A DNA stretch of 64,000 bases from Dipteris shenzhenensis. Taxonomy: Eukaryota. Location of the stretch: the NCBI GenBank assembly GCA_047967505.1, contig CM106538.1. The stretch is one strand, 5' to 3'. The notes below the pieces were generated by a model that had not been told where the DNA came from, did not search any database, and worked only from the letters and a program-made list of their open reading frames with translations. Both the position numbers and the translations under genes were made by a program. This document shows, in pieces, positions 1 through 12,110 of this stretch (the stretch's first letter is position 1; every line of letters starts with the position of its first letter).

Positions 1-835
1 GCAAAAGCCAAGTCAAATTGCTGCAAGAAAGTAAGAGCCTTCATCCTATCTACATGACCATTGAAGGTCTCAAACTTCACTGCTGCCTCCCCTTCCTTGT
101 AATCCTTCATCTTGAGCCTGGGCTCTAACTGATCATAGCCAGGGGGCTGCAAATAAAGAGGCTGCTGTCTTTGGGGTCCTTTTGGGACTTGAAGAACACC
201 CCCCACAGCTGGGTTTGGAGGCACAGGTGGTACTGGCTGAGTGTGTGACATCATGGGACTGCCTCCCTGCAGTCCAGGCTGTATCCCCACATTAGCATAC
301 AAAGAATTTGGGGGCTGGCTGTGAGGTCATGGCCTGAAAAATGAATCCTCCTCCAAAGTGTGTAGGCTGAACCACATACTGTGGTTGGGCTTGCTGCCCT
401 TGCTGCACATTCTAAGCATTGCTACCATGCTCATTCCCATTTGGTAATTGTCTCCGTGGCACTACAAGTGGCTGTACCACTGGTGTCGGTGGCTTTGGTA
501 GTGGCTGTCCCACATGCATCTGTGGACCCTGAATGGGTTGTGCCTCTGCCCTCAGCATCAAAGCTGGATTATGCATAATTTCCTCTGAGTGAGTTGACTC
601 AAAACTTGCAACACCGAAGCCATTTGTGTTTGCATTACTACCATAGCATTTGGCTGTACACTTGGGACAACACCCAATGCAACTGTACCCACAGGATTTT
701 GCACTTGTGGAGCTGGCTGCCCCAATGCATCAACTTGAACATTCTGCCCTTCATGGGCTGCATCGTGCACTCTTATTCCGGGGTGTGCTCCCCTTATCTG
801 TGGCTTTGGCTCCAGACTCTGAGTCTGCATCATAA
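1..835 (-). mobile_element. Ty3/Gypsy gag N-terminal fragment, degenerate, running off the window start
   Basis: Minus strand 1-110 reads KEGEAAVKFETFNGHVDRMKALTFLQQFDLAF, similar to the Gypsy gag at 43480-43570 ([28 protein letters not shown]). Confidence 0.65.
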
Positions 836-1880
836 CCAAGCCTTATATGCTCCATATCGAAGTGCGGCTTTATTACAGCCATTGCAAATCCTCAATAATA
901 AATGGGAAAGTATTTCCATGGACTTTATTATGGGTTTGCCCAGAACGCGCAAGGGTCATGACACCATTTGGGTCATAGTTGACCGTCTGACAAAGATGGC
1001 TAGATTCTTACCTAGTAGATTGACCATATCAGCTATTCAGTTGGCTCACGAGTTTGTGGATCAATTATTTAAATTATATGGTTTGCCTTCAGACATAGTT
1101 AGTGACTTGGACTCAAGTTTACATGTATCTTTTGGACACCTGTTTTTGAGAAGTTGGAAACTACTCTAAGTATGAGTTTCTCAAATCATGCACAATCTAA
1201 TGGCAATACAGAAACGGTCAACTAGTTGGTTGAAGATATGCTTCGTGCATATGTTTCTGAGAGACTTTCTTCATGGGAAGACTATCTCCCGATGATAGAA
1301 TTTGCTTATAACAGTGCAAAGCATTGAAGTACGGGTTACAATCCTTTTATGCTTATGTACGGGTTTCAACCTAAGTCATCAGTTATGGTTGGATTCAAGG
1401 GAATAAACAATGATGTTGCAAGGACATTCTTGCAAGACATGCAAGAAATGTTGCAGTTCGCCAAGGAGTCTATTAGAACTGCCCAGGATCGGAATAGATT
1501 TTATGCTAATAGACATCGTTCACCCAGAGAGCACTTTGATGGAATGATGGTATATTTACGTATTCCCAAGGAATCCAAGAGTTTTAAGTACTGGTATGGT
1601 TCCGATATTATCCCCCAGATAATGTGGTCCATTCAAGATTATTAAAAGAATTGGCCCAGTTGCATATAAACTAGAATTGCCTCTTGATGTTAAAGTGCAT
1701 CCAATTTTTCATGTCAGTAGACTGAAAGAGTTACTGGGTGCTGATGATCAGCTTGTTTCTCCTCAAGAAATAATAGAAGTTACTGATTTGACTTTTATTC
1801 CACACGAACCTAAGAGTATTCTTGAATTTCGTGAAAGACAAATCAGGAATAGAACTATCACGGAATGCAAGATCAAGTCG
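836..1880 (+). mobile_element. Ty3/Gypsy integrase and start of chromodomain region, degenerate
   Basis: [75 protein letters not shown]; stops and frameshifts. Confidence 0.9.
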
Positions 1881-2348
1881 AAGCATCATGTTGGAGGAAC
1901 ATAAGAGACATAAAGGATGAATAGAAGGCAGAATACTGAAGACAAGTTAGAGAGCAGTGGGATGCCATATACTTATATGATATCTCCTTCCCAGCTTGAA
2001 GAATTTCCTGTTGAAGCTCTTGGAGCTTGTTGATATGCTCCACATGGAGGAAGGCTTTGCGGAATCCAACACCGTCATCTGAACTTCTAGAGAAACCCTC
2101 TTCATGGGAGCGGTCCGAGTTATGCAAGGATGCCAGGTGCTCCCATATGCTTTTGGCTACCATCATATGCTTCAGATGATTCATAATTTGAGGAATACAT
2201 TTCAGAAAAATGAAAGTTACGTACCCTTGCATCACTCTGTCCTAGACCTGAGCCAAATTCTCGGCCTCCTTCTGATCAAGGATCCCTAAGACTGCTGCAA
2301 GGGGGTCTGGCCTTTTTTATACCCACCAAAATGAAGGCACAAGTCATA
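1685..2348. repeat. 664-bp tandem segmental duplication, copy 1 (copy 2 = 2349-2821 + 8687-8904, split by a Copia insertion)
   Basis: Near-identical sequence; TGA microhomology at the junction; copy 1 carries the empty insertion site ttttggctaccatc. Confidence 0.9.
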
Positions 2349-2821
2349 TGATGTTAAAGTGCATCCAATTTTTCATGTCAGTAGACTGGAAGAGTTACTG
2401 GGTGCTGATGATCAGCTTGTTTCTCCTCAAGAAATAATAGAAGTTACTGATTTGACTTTTATTCCACACGAACCTAAGAGTATTCTTGAATTTCGTGAAA
2501 GACAAATCAGGAATAGAATTATCACGGAATGCAAGATCAAGTCGAAGCATCATGTTGGAGGAACATAAGAGACATAAAGGACGAATAGAAGGCAGAATAC
2601 TGAAGACAAGTGAGAGAGCAGTGGGATGCCATATACTTATATGATATCTCCTTCCCAGCTTGAAGAATTTCTTGTTGAAGCTCTTGGAGCTTGTTGATAT
2701 GCTCCACATGGAGGAAGGCTTTGCGGAATCCAACACCGTCATCTGAACTTCTAGAGAAACCCTCTTCATGGGAGCGGTCCGAGTTATGCAAGGATGCCAG
2801 GTGCTCCCATATGCTTTTGGC

Positions 2822-3016
2822 TGTGAGGGAGAGAGAGAGAGAGAGTGGAACCAAAAGGAGACAAAGAGAGGGAGACACAAGAAGTGTGGGTGTGTAAAAA
2901 GTGTTGAGCCACACCACAAACTTATAGGTTTTATTAGGATTAGGTATTCACCCTATGACTGACAGTCATAGGTGTCATAACATTTTAAAGGGTGGCAATG
3001 TGCCTTTACCCCAACA
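2822..3016 (-). repeat. 3' LTR of Copia element
   Basis: 195 bp, direct repeat of 8479-8681. Confidence 0.95.
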
Positions 3017-3115
3017 ACCTCCCACCTAAAGGCCAATGTGGCTAAAGGGGAGAAAAGAATAAAAATTACAGCAATATACAGTTACTGTATACAAGACCAT
3101 AAAATAAGAATGGTC

Positions 3116-6100
3116 TCATCCTAATCCCATGATGTGGCGACAATGTGCAAACCGCTCTGTAGGCAAGCTCTTAGTGAGTAAATCTGCAGGATTATCATCA
3201 GTATGCACCTTCACAAGCTCAAGCTGCTTGTCTTAAAGTACCTCCCTGATGAAATGGTATTTCACATCTATGTGCTTGGTCTTCTGATGAAAGACCGGAT
3301 TCTTTGCCAACATGATAGCACTCTGACTATCACAATGCAAAACTGGCATATCTCCTATAATGCCCAAATCTCCCACCAGCCGAGTAAGCCATATTGCTTC
3401 CTTGCAAGCCTCAGTGGCTGCAACATATTCAGCTTCAGTGGTTGACAGTGCAATGCATTTCTGCAACCGAGACACCACCCATGATATAGCACCTCCTGCA
3501 AATGTGAAAATATAACCGGTAGTAGACTTCCGATTATCTGCATTTCCTGCATAGTCTGAATCTGTAAAACCATGCACCAATTATATGGTTTGCATCACCC
3601 AAGTCTTTCATGTCAAAAGACTTATGCAGTTGCTTCTTCAAAGCACTAATCTCCTGCTGAGATTTGCTGGCAATCAGCATGTCATCCACATATAGAATGA
3701 GCATCAAACTGCCATCCTTTGCCCGTTTGGTGTACAAGCAGTGATCGGTCTCACACCTATGATACCCTTGGGACTGCATGAAGGCATCAAACTTCTTGTA
3801 CCATTCTCTTGGTGCCTGCTTGAGTCCATACAAGCTCCTTTTGAGCTTACACACAAGCTGCTCTTTCCCTTATACAGCATATCCCTCTGGCTGACTCATG
3901 TAGATCTCATCATGGAGATCTCCGTGAAGAAAAGCAGTCTTCACATCCATCTGACATAAATCCATGTCCTCATGAGCAACAAGAGCTAACACTGCCCTCA
4001 AAGTAGTCATCTTGACTACAGGGGAAAAGATCTCATCAAAGTCAATGCCCTTCTCCTGCTTAAATCCCTTGGCAACCAATCTGGCCTTATACCTCGGTAA
4101 AGCATTTGAATCCACTTTGACTTTGTAAACCCACTTGCTTGGCAAAACCTTTCTGCCTGCAGGTAGCTGCACCAAGTCCCATGTATCATTTTGAAGTAGA
4201 GAGTCCATTTCAGATTGCATGGCTTTCTCCCACTTCCTTTTCTATGTTCTTCCCATAGCTTCCTTGAAGCTGGAAGGCTCACCACAATCTGTCAGCATGA
4301 TAAAATCAGCCACATTATTGGCTCCTGGAACAAACCTGTCAGGAGGCCGTTGTACACGGATGCTCCTCCTAACAAAATGTTCCGGATTAGGCTGCTGTCT
4401 AGCCTGTTCGTCATGCATGACGGGTGGCTGTACCACCATATTTGGCTGTTCTACAGCGCCATTTGCTAGCATATCCAGTGGTGCATCATTGGCAAAATTG
4501 TCTGCCTGATTTTCAGCCTGTATACCCTCTTGACCAGGGTTATCTACAGCAGCCTGCTGTTGCATATTAATGGGCATTCTTTGCTGTCCAACATCATCAT
4601 AAACAACCCTCCTGTATTCCACAGGTTGCACGGGTTCTTTGTGTACACTATCCTCTTTAAAGATGACGTCATTGCTGCGTATAATCGTCCGTTTGACGGG
4701 ATCCCATAACCTGTACCCCATTTCACCTTCATCACCGTAACCCATGAAGATGCATCTGAAAGACTTTGGCTCCAGTTTGGTGCGCAGTTCTTTGCGTATA
4801 TGAGCAAAGCACTCGCAGCCAAACACACGTAAGTGCTTATATGAAGGTGGCTTGCCAGACCACACCTCCTCTGGCACTTTCAACTCCAAAGCCTTGTTCG
4901 GCGACCTGTTAATTAGGTGAACTGCTGTTTGCACGGCTTCTGCCCAAAAGCCATGGGGCAATGCAGCATAAGACAACATACATCGAACTTTCTCCTGAAT
5001 AGTTCGATTCATCCGCTCACTCACACCATTTTGAGATGCATTATGAGGGGCTGTGAGTTCCTGTTTAATGCCCTTAGCTTCGCAAAACTGTACAAAAGCA
5101 TGTGACACATACTCACTCCCATTATCGGATCTGAGGCATTTCAGCCTGCATCCTGTCCGATTCTCAACCTGAGCGACAAACTTCTTGAAAGCATCTAAGG
5201 CATCGCTCTTATGCTTCAAGAAATAGACCCACACTTTGCGTGTGGCATCATCAATAAAAGTAATGAAATACTTTGCACCCCCTAGTGATAGCTGTGGCAT
5301 CTCACACAAATCAGTGTGCACTAGATCAAGCGGTGCTCTATTCTGGGGAGTTCTCCTCTTATGAGGAGTCATAGAATGCTTTCCAAAAATGCAATGATCA
5401 CAAGTAGACAAATCTGAAAATGAAAGAGACGGCAGATAACCCAAACGTGACAGTTCTTGCATTCCTTTAACGGACATGTGTCCCAACCGGCTATGCCACA
5501 ATGAAACCTTTGGCAGCTCGGTTATGGCAACAACATGATTACCTCCACTAGAAACATAAAGAGGGTACAAGGTATCACTCTTATAACCCTCAGCCACTAC
5601 AACCTGGCCATCAGTAATCACCCATTTGGAATCCCCAAATGTGGTGTGGTAACCACTGTCATCCAACAAGCCAGTGCTAATCAGATTTTTCTTGATTTGC
5701 GGCACATGGCGAACACCATCAAGCATAAATATGCGTCCATCAGGGAATACTATCTGTATACTGCCAATCCCTACAATCTGACATGCATAGTTGTTCCCAA
5801 GGTGAACAACTCCATGAGTACCTGTGTAGGAAGTAAACCACTCCCTATGAGGAGTAACATGAAAAGAAGCACCTGAATCCAAGAGCCAGGTGTGCATGTC
5901 ATGGCCATCAATAACCAATGTATGTGCAATTACAACAGAAGAGCATAAAACATCATGTCTGTCACTGTCACTGTCCTCTGCTGCAACATTCACTACATCC
6001 AAGTCATCTGCCTTGGCCTTGCCTTTGCCTTTGCTTCCACTGCCTGCATCCTTTGTCTCAGCCTTCTTGGCTTTCTGATCCCGTATAAACTTGAAGCACT

Positions 6101-6839
6101 TAGACTTCACATGTCCCTTCTTGCCACAGTAAAAGCATTCAATATCCTTTTTGCCACGGGACTGACTGCGGGATTTGGACTTGCCAGCAGATCTCCCCTT
6201 CTGCTGAGTCCTACCTCTTTCCTGTACCTGCAAAGCATTGGAAGACTTGCTGCCCACATTATTCTTCCTCCTCATCTCCTCCATAAGGAGAGAGCTCTCC
6301 ACATCAGCATACATAAGAGTGACATTTGAATTAGACAGGGTGGTCTTGAAAGTGTCCCAACTCTCAGGGAGGGTACACAACAAGAAAGTAGCCTTGAACT
6401 CCTCATCAAGGTTCAATCCCTGTGCAATAAGCTGTGTAAAGATGGCATTGAACTCACTCAAGTGTGAGGTCATAGCTGTACCTTCCTTCATGCGAAGGTC
6501 AACAAGCTTCTTCAACCAATAAACCTTACTGGCTGAACTCTTTTGGGCATACAACTCTTCTAGCCTCTGCCATAGGCCATAAGAGGTCTTTTCAGCCTGA
6601 ACATTGAACACAAGAGAACCAGTGAGAGTAAGCATAATAGCAGCCCTTGCAGACAAATCAAGCTCCTCCCACTCATCATCTGCCATCCCAGATGGCTTGA
6701 CACCCTTCACCCTTATGGGCTTAGAAATCTTCTTTAGCAGAAGTACATTCAAACACTGTTCTGCCCATAATGCATAATTGTGTGCCCCTTCCAATTTCTT
6801 TATGTTCAGTATTGAAGATTCACTTCCCCCTGATGCCAT
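3116..6839 (-). pseudogene. Copia gag-pol polyprotein with nonsense mutations and an RT deletion
   Basis: Zinc knuckle CFYCGKKGHVKSKC, protease WLLDSGAS, integrase HSRLGH/VHTD/RSDNGSEY/SERMNRT, RT YKARLVAKG/LYVDD, RNase H DSDYAG. In-frame stops at ~4242, ~3870 and ~3233; frameshifting deletion at ~3577. Confidence 0.93.
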
Positions 6840-8478
6840 ATCAAATAAGGAAAGTGCCTGACTCCGTGTAAGTCAAAAAATGACTAAATAAAATTCTGAT
6901 TTCTCAGAAAACCTGCTCTATCAAGAGCCAGGAGCACTCACAATAGTGCTGTTTTTACTGTCAAAAAATCTGCAGCAAAACAGAAAATTTTCCCTCCAGT
7001 CACTGTACCTTCTGACACACTGTACTGTGCTCAAGTAGGCATAAAACAGTAACTTCAGAATGCTGCAGCTATTCCACAAGTGCTTTATCAGTGCATCATC
7101 ATCTGACGAAGCACAAAACACTGCTGTCCTGGACACTTCTCCCACCTCAGATGAGGTATTGCACTGATTTTATATGCATAAACCACTTGTCATACACTGT
7201 TTTGTCCACTGAAAAAGGCTCCAAACACCTCAGCCTGTCACAAAACCTGCAACAAAGTATGGGACAAATCCCAAACAATCACCCTTCTGCCAAGGGGATA
7301 AAAGGCATCTGAAGGTCTCAAACAGTAACTCAAGTGCTCACAAGCAAAATCTGGGCAAAAGCCCCTTGATTTGACACCTGTACCAAGTGAAAAAACACCT
7401 CAACACTGAGGTAGCATACAAAATACAGCGCTCTCCTGGCACTTTCACCTGACAATGTAATGCATAAACGGCCCTGTGCACACAGTAACAACACAGATCC
7501 CAACGTACAAACACTGAAGAGAAAATCTTTTGAGCACTGTCAACGATGGACAGTTAGGGACCGAGTAAACTCGATGCGCCCTGGCCAAGCGTGGCTCAAC
7601 TGAGATTTTCAAAGTGTCGTACATAGAATGTGACCTGCAAGAAATGTCACTGAATACACTGCGGAAACAAGACCAATGTGGGCACCTTGGCTCCACACTG
7701 CCTCAAGGCATACACTGCATACACTTCCAGGCAAAAGCCCTATGAAATTGTCACCCGAAAACTGAGATTTGCACTCAGCAAAAGCATAAAAGCCCTCTGC
7801 AAAATCAAGGCATCTGACCTTCCCGAAACAAAATAACTGTGGCACTAGTCACCTCAAGCACGTGGGACACGAGTGTACTTGCTGTACCTCAAACACACAG
7901 TTTTGAGAACTGAAAAAATTCCGGGAATGAAGAGCAGAGTGCTCTCTCTTTTCCTTCTTCCCCCAAAAAAAATGTGCCTGCTGTACCTTCTGTACCTGCG
8001 CAGGGTACTCGCTGTACCCTGTACCTGTGAGGGCACGAATCCCCAAAAAAAAATTTCGCCCTATACTTGCTTGTCGAGGCATCCATACGGCCGCATCCGT
8101 ACGGTACGGCTGCCTGTACGGCGTCCGTACAGCCGGTACGGATGGCCGTACCTGTCGCAGCTGCTGCCTTGCAGCCGGTCGACGGGCTGCAAGCAGCTGG
8201 TGCTGCGCGCGCTGGCTGCGCCCGCCGGTGCTGTGCGGTGCGCGTGCTGGTTGCGCCCGCGCAGCTAGCAGCAGCTAGCTGCTGCTGCAGCTATAGCTGC
8301 GTGAGCAGCTGCTCCTGCGCGTTGGCTGCTCGCCCTACTCGCGCGCGACCTGCTCCTGCTGCCGCTGCTCGCTACTGCTGCTGCCGCTGCTGAGGGTACG
8401 AGGCCCGAGGGGAGAGGGAGGGGTAGAGGGAGGGGTAGACCAGAGTTGAGAGGGAGAGGTAGAGGCTCTGATACCACT

Positions 8479-8681
8479 TGTGAGGGAAAGAGAGAGAGAG
8501 AGTGGAACCAAAAGGAGACAGAGAGAGGGAGACACAAGAAGTGTGGGTGTGTAAAAAGGTGTTGAGCCACACCACAAACTCATAGGTTTTATTAGGATTA
8601 GGTATTCACCCTATGACTGTCTTAACACAGTCATAGGTGTCATAACATTTTAAAGGGTGGCAATGTGCCTTTACCCCAACA
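8479..8681 (-). repeat. 5' LTR of Copia element
   Basis: 203 bp; followed on the minus strand by a tRNA-iMet primer-binding site. Confidence 0.95.
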
Positions 8682-8686
8682 TTGGC

Positions 8687-9809
8687 TACCATCATATGCT
8701 TCAGATGATTCATAATTTGAGGAATACATTTCAGAAAAATGAAAGTTACGTACCCTTGCATTCACTCTGTCCTAGACCTGAGCCAAATTCTCGGCCTCCT
8801 TCTGATCAAGGATCCCTAAGACTGCTGCAAGGGGGTCTGGCCTTTTTTATACCCGCCAAAATGACTTTTTTATACCCACCAAAATGAAGGCACAAGTCAT
8901 ATGACTGCAAGATAGACTCCATCATAACACGCCAAACACCGTAGTTATTCCCATCCAGTTGATGATCTAATGGGAAGGTGGGTAATACCGGAGTCTTCAC
9001 CTTATTCTTCGCTATCTCTGACATGGTAGCCATGTTGAACGGAAGAGGAAGTAGAACGAAAAGAGAAAGTTGGGTGGGAGGATAAGAGAAAGGGGTATGA
9101 AGGAAGAAGAGAGGAGAGGGCTTTTGGCAAAAGACAATGAAGAAAGCTTGCAGCAAACACTACCTTCAAGCTCCTGCAGTCTGGCCCTCACAAACACTCT
9201 GATACCATGTGAGAAGTGCAGCGGATGTGAACAACCAACGGAGAGCACAAACACTGCAAACTGGAAAGCAAGAGAGAAAGCGAGAAGACTGCACACAAAC
9301 TCAGGGAAATGCCTCTACTACTAGCAGAAAACCCTGCTGGAACTGATCAGAAACAATGAGGGGGGAGCCCCTATATATAGGGTCCCCCATCTGCCCAAAA
9401 AAGTGGATCGGAGGGGGCGGTATGGCCAACCAGGTCCGACCATGGGTCGGGTGTCTTGACCAGGGTTGGGGGCCAGGTTGACCCCCCAACCAAGGCACCA
9501 CCTAGGAACCAGCAAGGCAGCCTAGTGGCAACCCCAAAACAGGACATGGGGGCGGGCAGAAGCAGCCCTGCACCCCTCTACGTGCCATCGTGGCAGCCTA
9601 ACACTGGCCTGGGGGCGGGTGAAAACAGCCCTGCTCCCCTCCATACATTTGTATGGCTTCACAGCCTCCAGGGTGACCATGAGACCAACCCCCTCTACCT
9701 CTCCTAGGCGGGCAAACCCACAACCAAGGCCCTCACTCTACCTCACATGGGCGGGCAGACCCACAACCAAGGCCCTCTTTCGATGATACAGGAGATGCTA
9801 CCTCTAACA
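8687..9809 (-). mobile_element. Older host Copia: 5' LTR (9208-9809), primer-binding site and gag start; gag continues at 2537-2821 beyond the nested insert
   Basis: LTR TGTTAGAGG...CTCACA (minus); primer-binding site TGGTATCAGAG at 9197-9207; gag MATMSE...LDGNNYGVWRVMMESILQSYDL from 9033; AKSIWEHLASLH on the other side of the TSD. Confidence 0.8.
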
Positions 9810-11263
9810 GTCTTGCCATACATCACGCTTGTAATTCCACCTCCTGTGGCCATGGTAGGAACTTTGAACTTAGGAGAGAATAGAATCAAGGGAAGGAGAG
9901 GAGAATAGAAAGAGAGACAGGGAATAAGATGGGAGGGTTTGGGAAGTGAAGCTTAAAGAGAGTCGGCTGTTGCTCAAAAAGGCGAAGGGAGAGAGAGAAG
10001 AAGCAAGGATTTTTTGGTGCAAGCTCGTGTGGGAAGGAGGGAGCAAGGATGAAGGAAGAGAGCAAGAGATGAATGTGCCAAAATGGAGAAGCTGGAAAAA
10101 ACTAGCTGGCTGTCTAAAACAGCCAGCCTGGGCTGCAAAAAGTCCAAACATTCCAATACGTTGCAACAAGGGAATGCGATCTTCACAAAGGAAGGGCACA
10201 ATGGGGGCAGAGAGGCAAGCGAAGGAGGGGAGACCCTGACAGGTGAAAGCCATACGTCTGAAGAAATTGGGAAAACAGTGCTAATTGACAAGTCAAATAC
10301 ACCTCGACCCCATAGAAGATACACCTGTTTGAATCTGAGCACCTGCCTTCTTGCAGAGGTCCCATCTTTCAGATGCTAGTGTGGTGCTCTGAATCTTTGA
10401 CTACATATGTATGTTGGTATACACAAACACACACAGAATGTATGTATGTATGTGGGTTCATGTGTGCGCATGCATTTACACTCCATAGTCACTGGAGTTT
10501 GTTACTGTCATTTGTCACATGACTGCACTCAACTGCCTTGTCTTCTTGGAAGCAGAATTTTGGTCTTAGTGTCGAGGTCTAACCTCCCACTCTGTGCTGC
10601 TCGTTGGCAGCTTCATATGTTTGAAGGTCACCTTAAAAGAGCGGTTTAATGCTTTCCATTGATGTGCACTGTTGACTTCACTGGATTCCATCAGCATTAA
10701 AGGACAGATTTTGCAAGTGTAACCCTGCGATGCAAGGCGACTATCCTTCTCAAAGAAAAATAAGTAAGCGTTGGTGCAGCCATATAGCCTTGTATTGTTT
10801 TTCATGAGCTGGTGTATTCGAAACGACGAGGTTATTTTTCACTGATGTAAAGCCCAGAACACGGTTTTGAACCCAGCAAAGGTGCTCAGCATCAGGGTCA
10901 CTTTGATCTCATCAGAATGAAACAGATTTGACTTTCTAACTTCTATCCCTGAATTGATAAAACATGTTGGGCCCAATTTTTATCATTTGTAAAGCCTTGT
11001 CCAAGTTTTTGTAGTGACGAGAACCTGAATTTGAGGGGAGACTATACTTTGGTTTATGCTCAGCATGATGATGGGAAACTATAGTACTCTTGTAATGGGT
11101 TTGTGCTGTTATACTTGTCATATTTGCTTTGGAGTTGGAAAAATTCAATCCGTCATCTTGTATATTTCATCTCCGTTGCTTTCTCCTTGCCAATTCTTGT
11201 TTATTACCTACTCTTAATTGAAGTACAATCTGTTAATACGTTTCTACGCTATTGTTGTACCAG

Positions 11264-11382
11264 ATGAAAAAGTTACGGCAATTGAAGCTGAGCGAAGAGC
11301 TGAACTTCAAGCGGCTCAAGCTTCACCTGAGGCTATTGTCCCATTGATTATGTCAAAACCAACAAATCCTGAGCAACACTAG
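11264..11382 (+). other. Candidate terminal exon or tail of an unidentified host gene or pseudogene
   Basis: ttgttgtaccag acceptor, open frame DEKVTAIEAERRAELQAAQASPEAIVPLIMSKPTNPEQH*, then a T-rich UTR-like region; no TE motif recognised. Confidence 0.3.
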
Positions 11383-11730
11383 TTATGAATTACTAAGCAG
11401 TATTTTTGTTAACTCACCCGTAGGATTTTCTTGCTATCGGCTCAAAGTTTGTATTGGAGGAGACACAAATCACCATTTTTACTACCATACAATGAATACA
11501 CATCTATTAGTTGCAAAATAAGAAATTTTTATATTTCTTTGTGCCTCATTGTCAATGCTCTTGTGTAAACCATTGCAGACACTGAAATAATTTTGGTAGA
11601 TGTTCTTATTGAGTAGTTTTTAAGTGTATCTTGCCTGCATGCTTACTGGTAGTAAGCATTTGTGAGCAGGCTGAAATTGATGTTGCATCCACTATCCGCA
11701 TGTAAACAAAAGGGATAGAAATATATACAA

Positions 11731-11963
11731 AAGTATGTGTGGGTGTGTGGATTTGTATGTGTGAGAGCATATTTTTATACTATGGTCTACACCCACTATT
11801 GGGCACTAATGATGTCAGTGGGGATGTCATAGTAGCTAGTCCCTGCTATGCGTGATGGAGTTTATGGTTTTTAATCTTATGAGTGACTCTCGTGAGATTG
11901 AAACTGCACTATGTTGTGTTTTTAGAGGATGAGTTTGGGAATGTTCCTGGATTCATCTAGGTA
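11731..11963. repeat. ~233-bp dispersed non-coding repeat, copy A
   Basis: Aligns end to end with 48417-48649 with scattered substitutions. Confidence 0.9.
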
Positions 11964-11968
11964 TATAT

Positions 11969-12109
11969 GTTTCAAAAGAGAGTTTGATTGAGTATGCTTA
12001 TGCTTTCTAAGTTAGGAATGTAATTTCGCCTCTTTGTAGGAAGTGATAGATGAGTGTAAAGGGTCCATTTAGCTTTTTATGTTTTAAATAAGAGAGAGAG
12101 AGAGAGAGA
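11969..12109 (+). repeat. Pseudo-LTR-like direct repeat, 5' copy, of the Penelope-like element
   Basis: gtttcaaaagagagtttgattgagtatgc...gttttaaataa(GA)n; repeated at 17462-17638. Confidence 0.8.
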
Positions 12110-12110
12110 T

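Larger units (their letters stand above)
2822..8681 (-). mobile_element. Full-length Ty1/Copia LTR retrotransposon, defective
   Basis: LTRs 2822-3016 and 8479-8681 (TG...CA); TSD TTGGC at 2817-2821 and 8682-8686; primer-binding site TGGTATCAGAGC (8465-8476, minus); polypurine tract AGGTGGGAGGT (3017-3027, minus); gag-PR-IN-RT-RH order. Confidence 0.97.

Noticed and set aside
7849-8583. Multiple overlapping Ala/Arg/Cys-rich ORFs
   Set aside because: Artefact of the GC-rich low-complexity Copia leader and LTR.
11925-11963. Helitron 3' end (hairpin plus CTAG) for the 233-bp repeat
   Set aside because: The hairpin abuts CTAG without the usual spacer, homology extends past CTAG, and there is no 5' TC or A|T target site.
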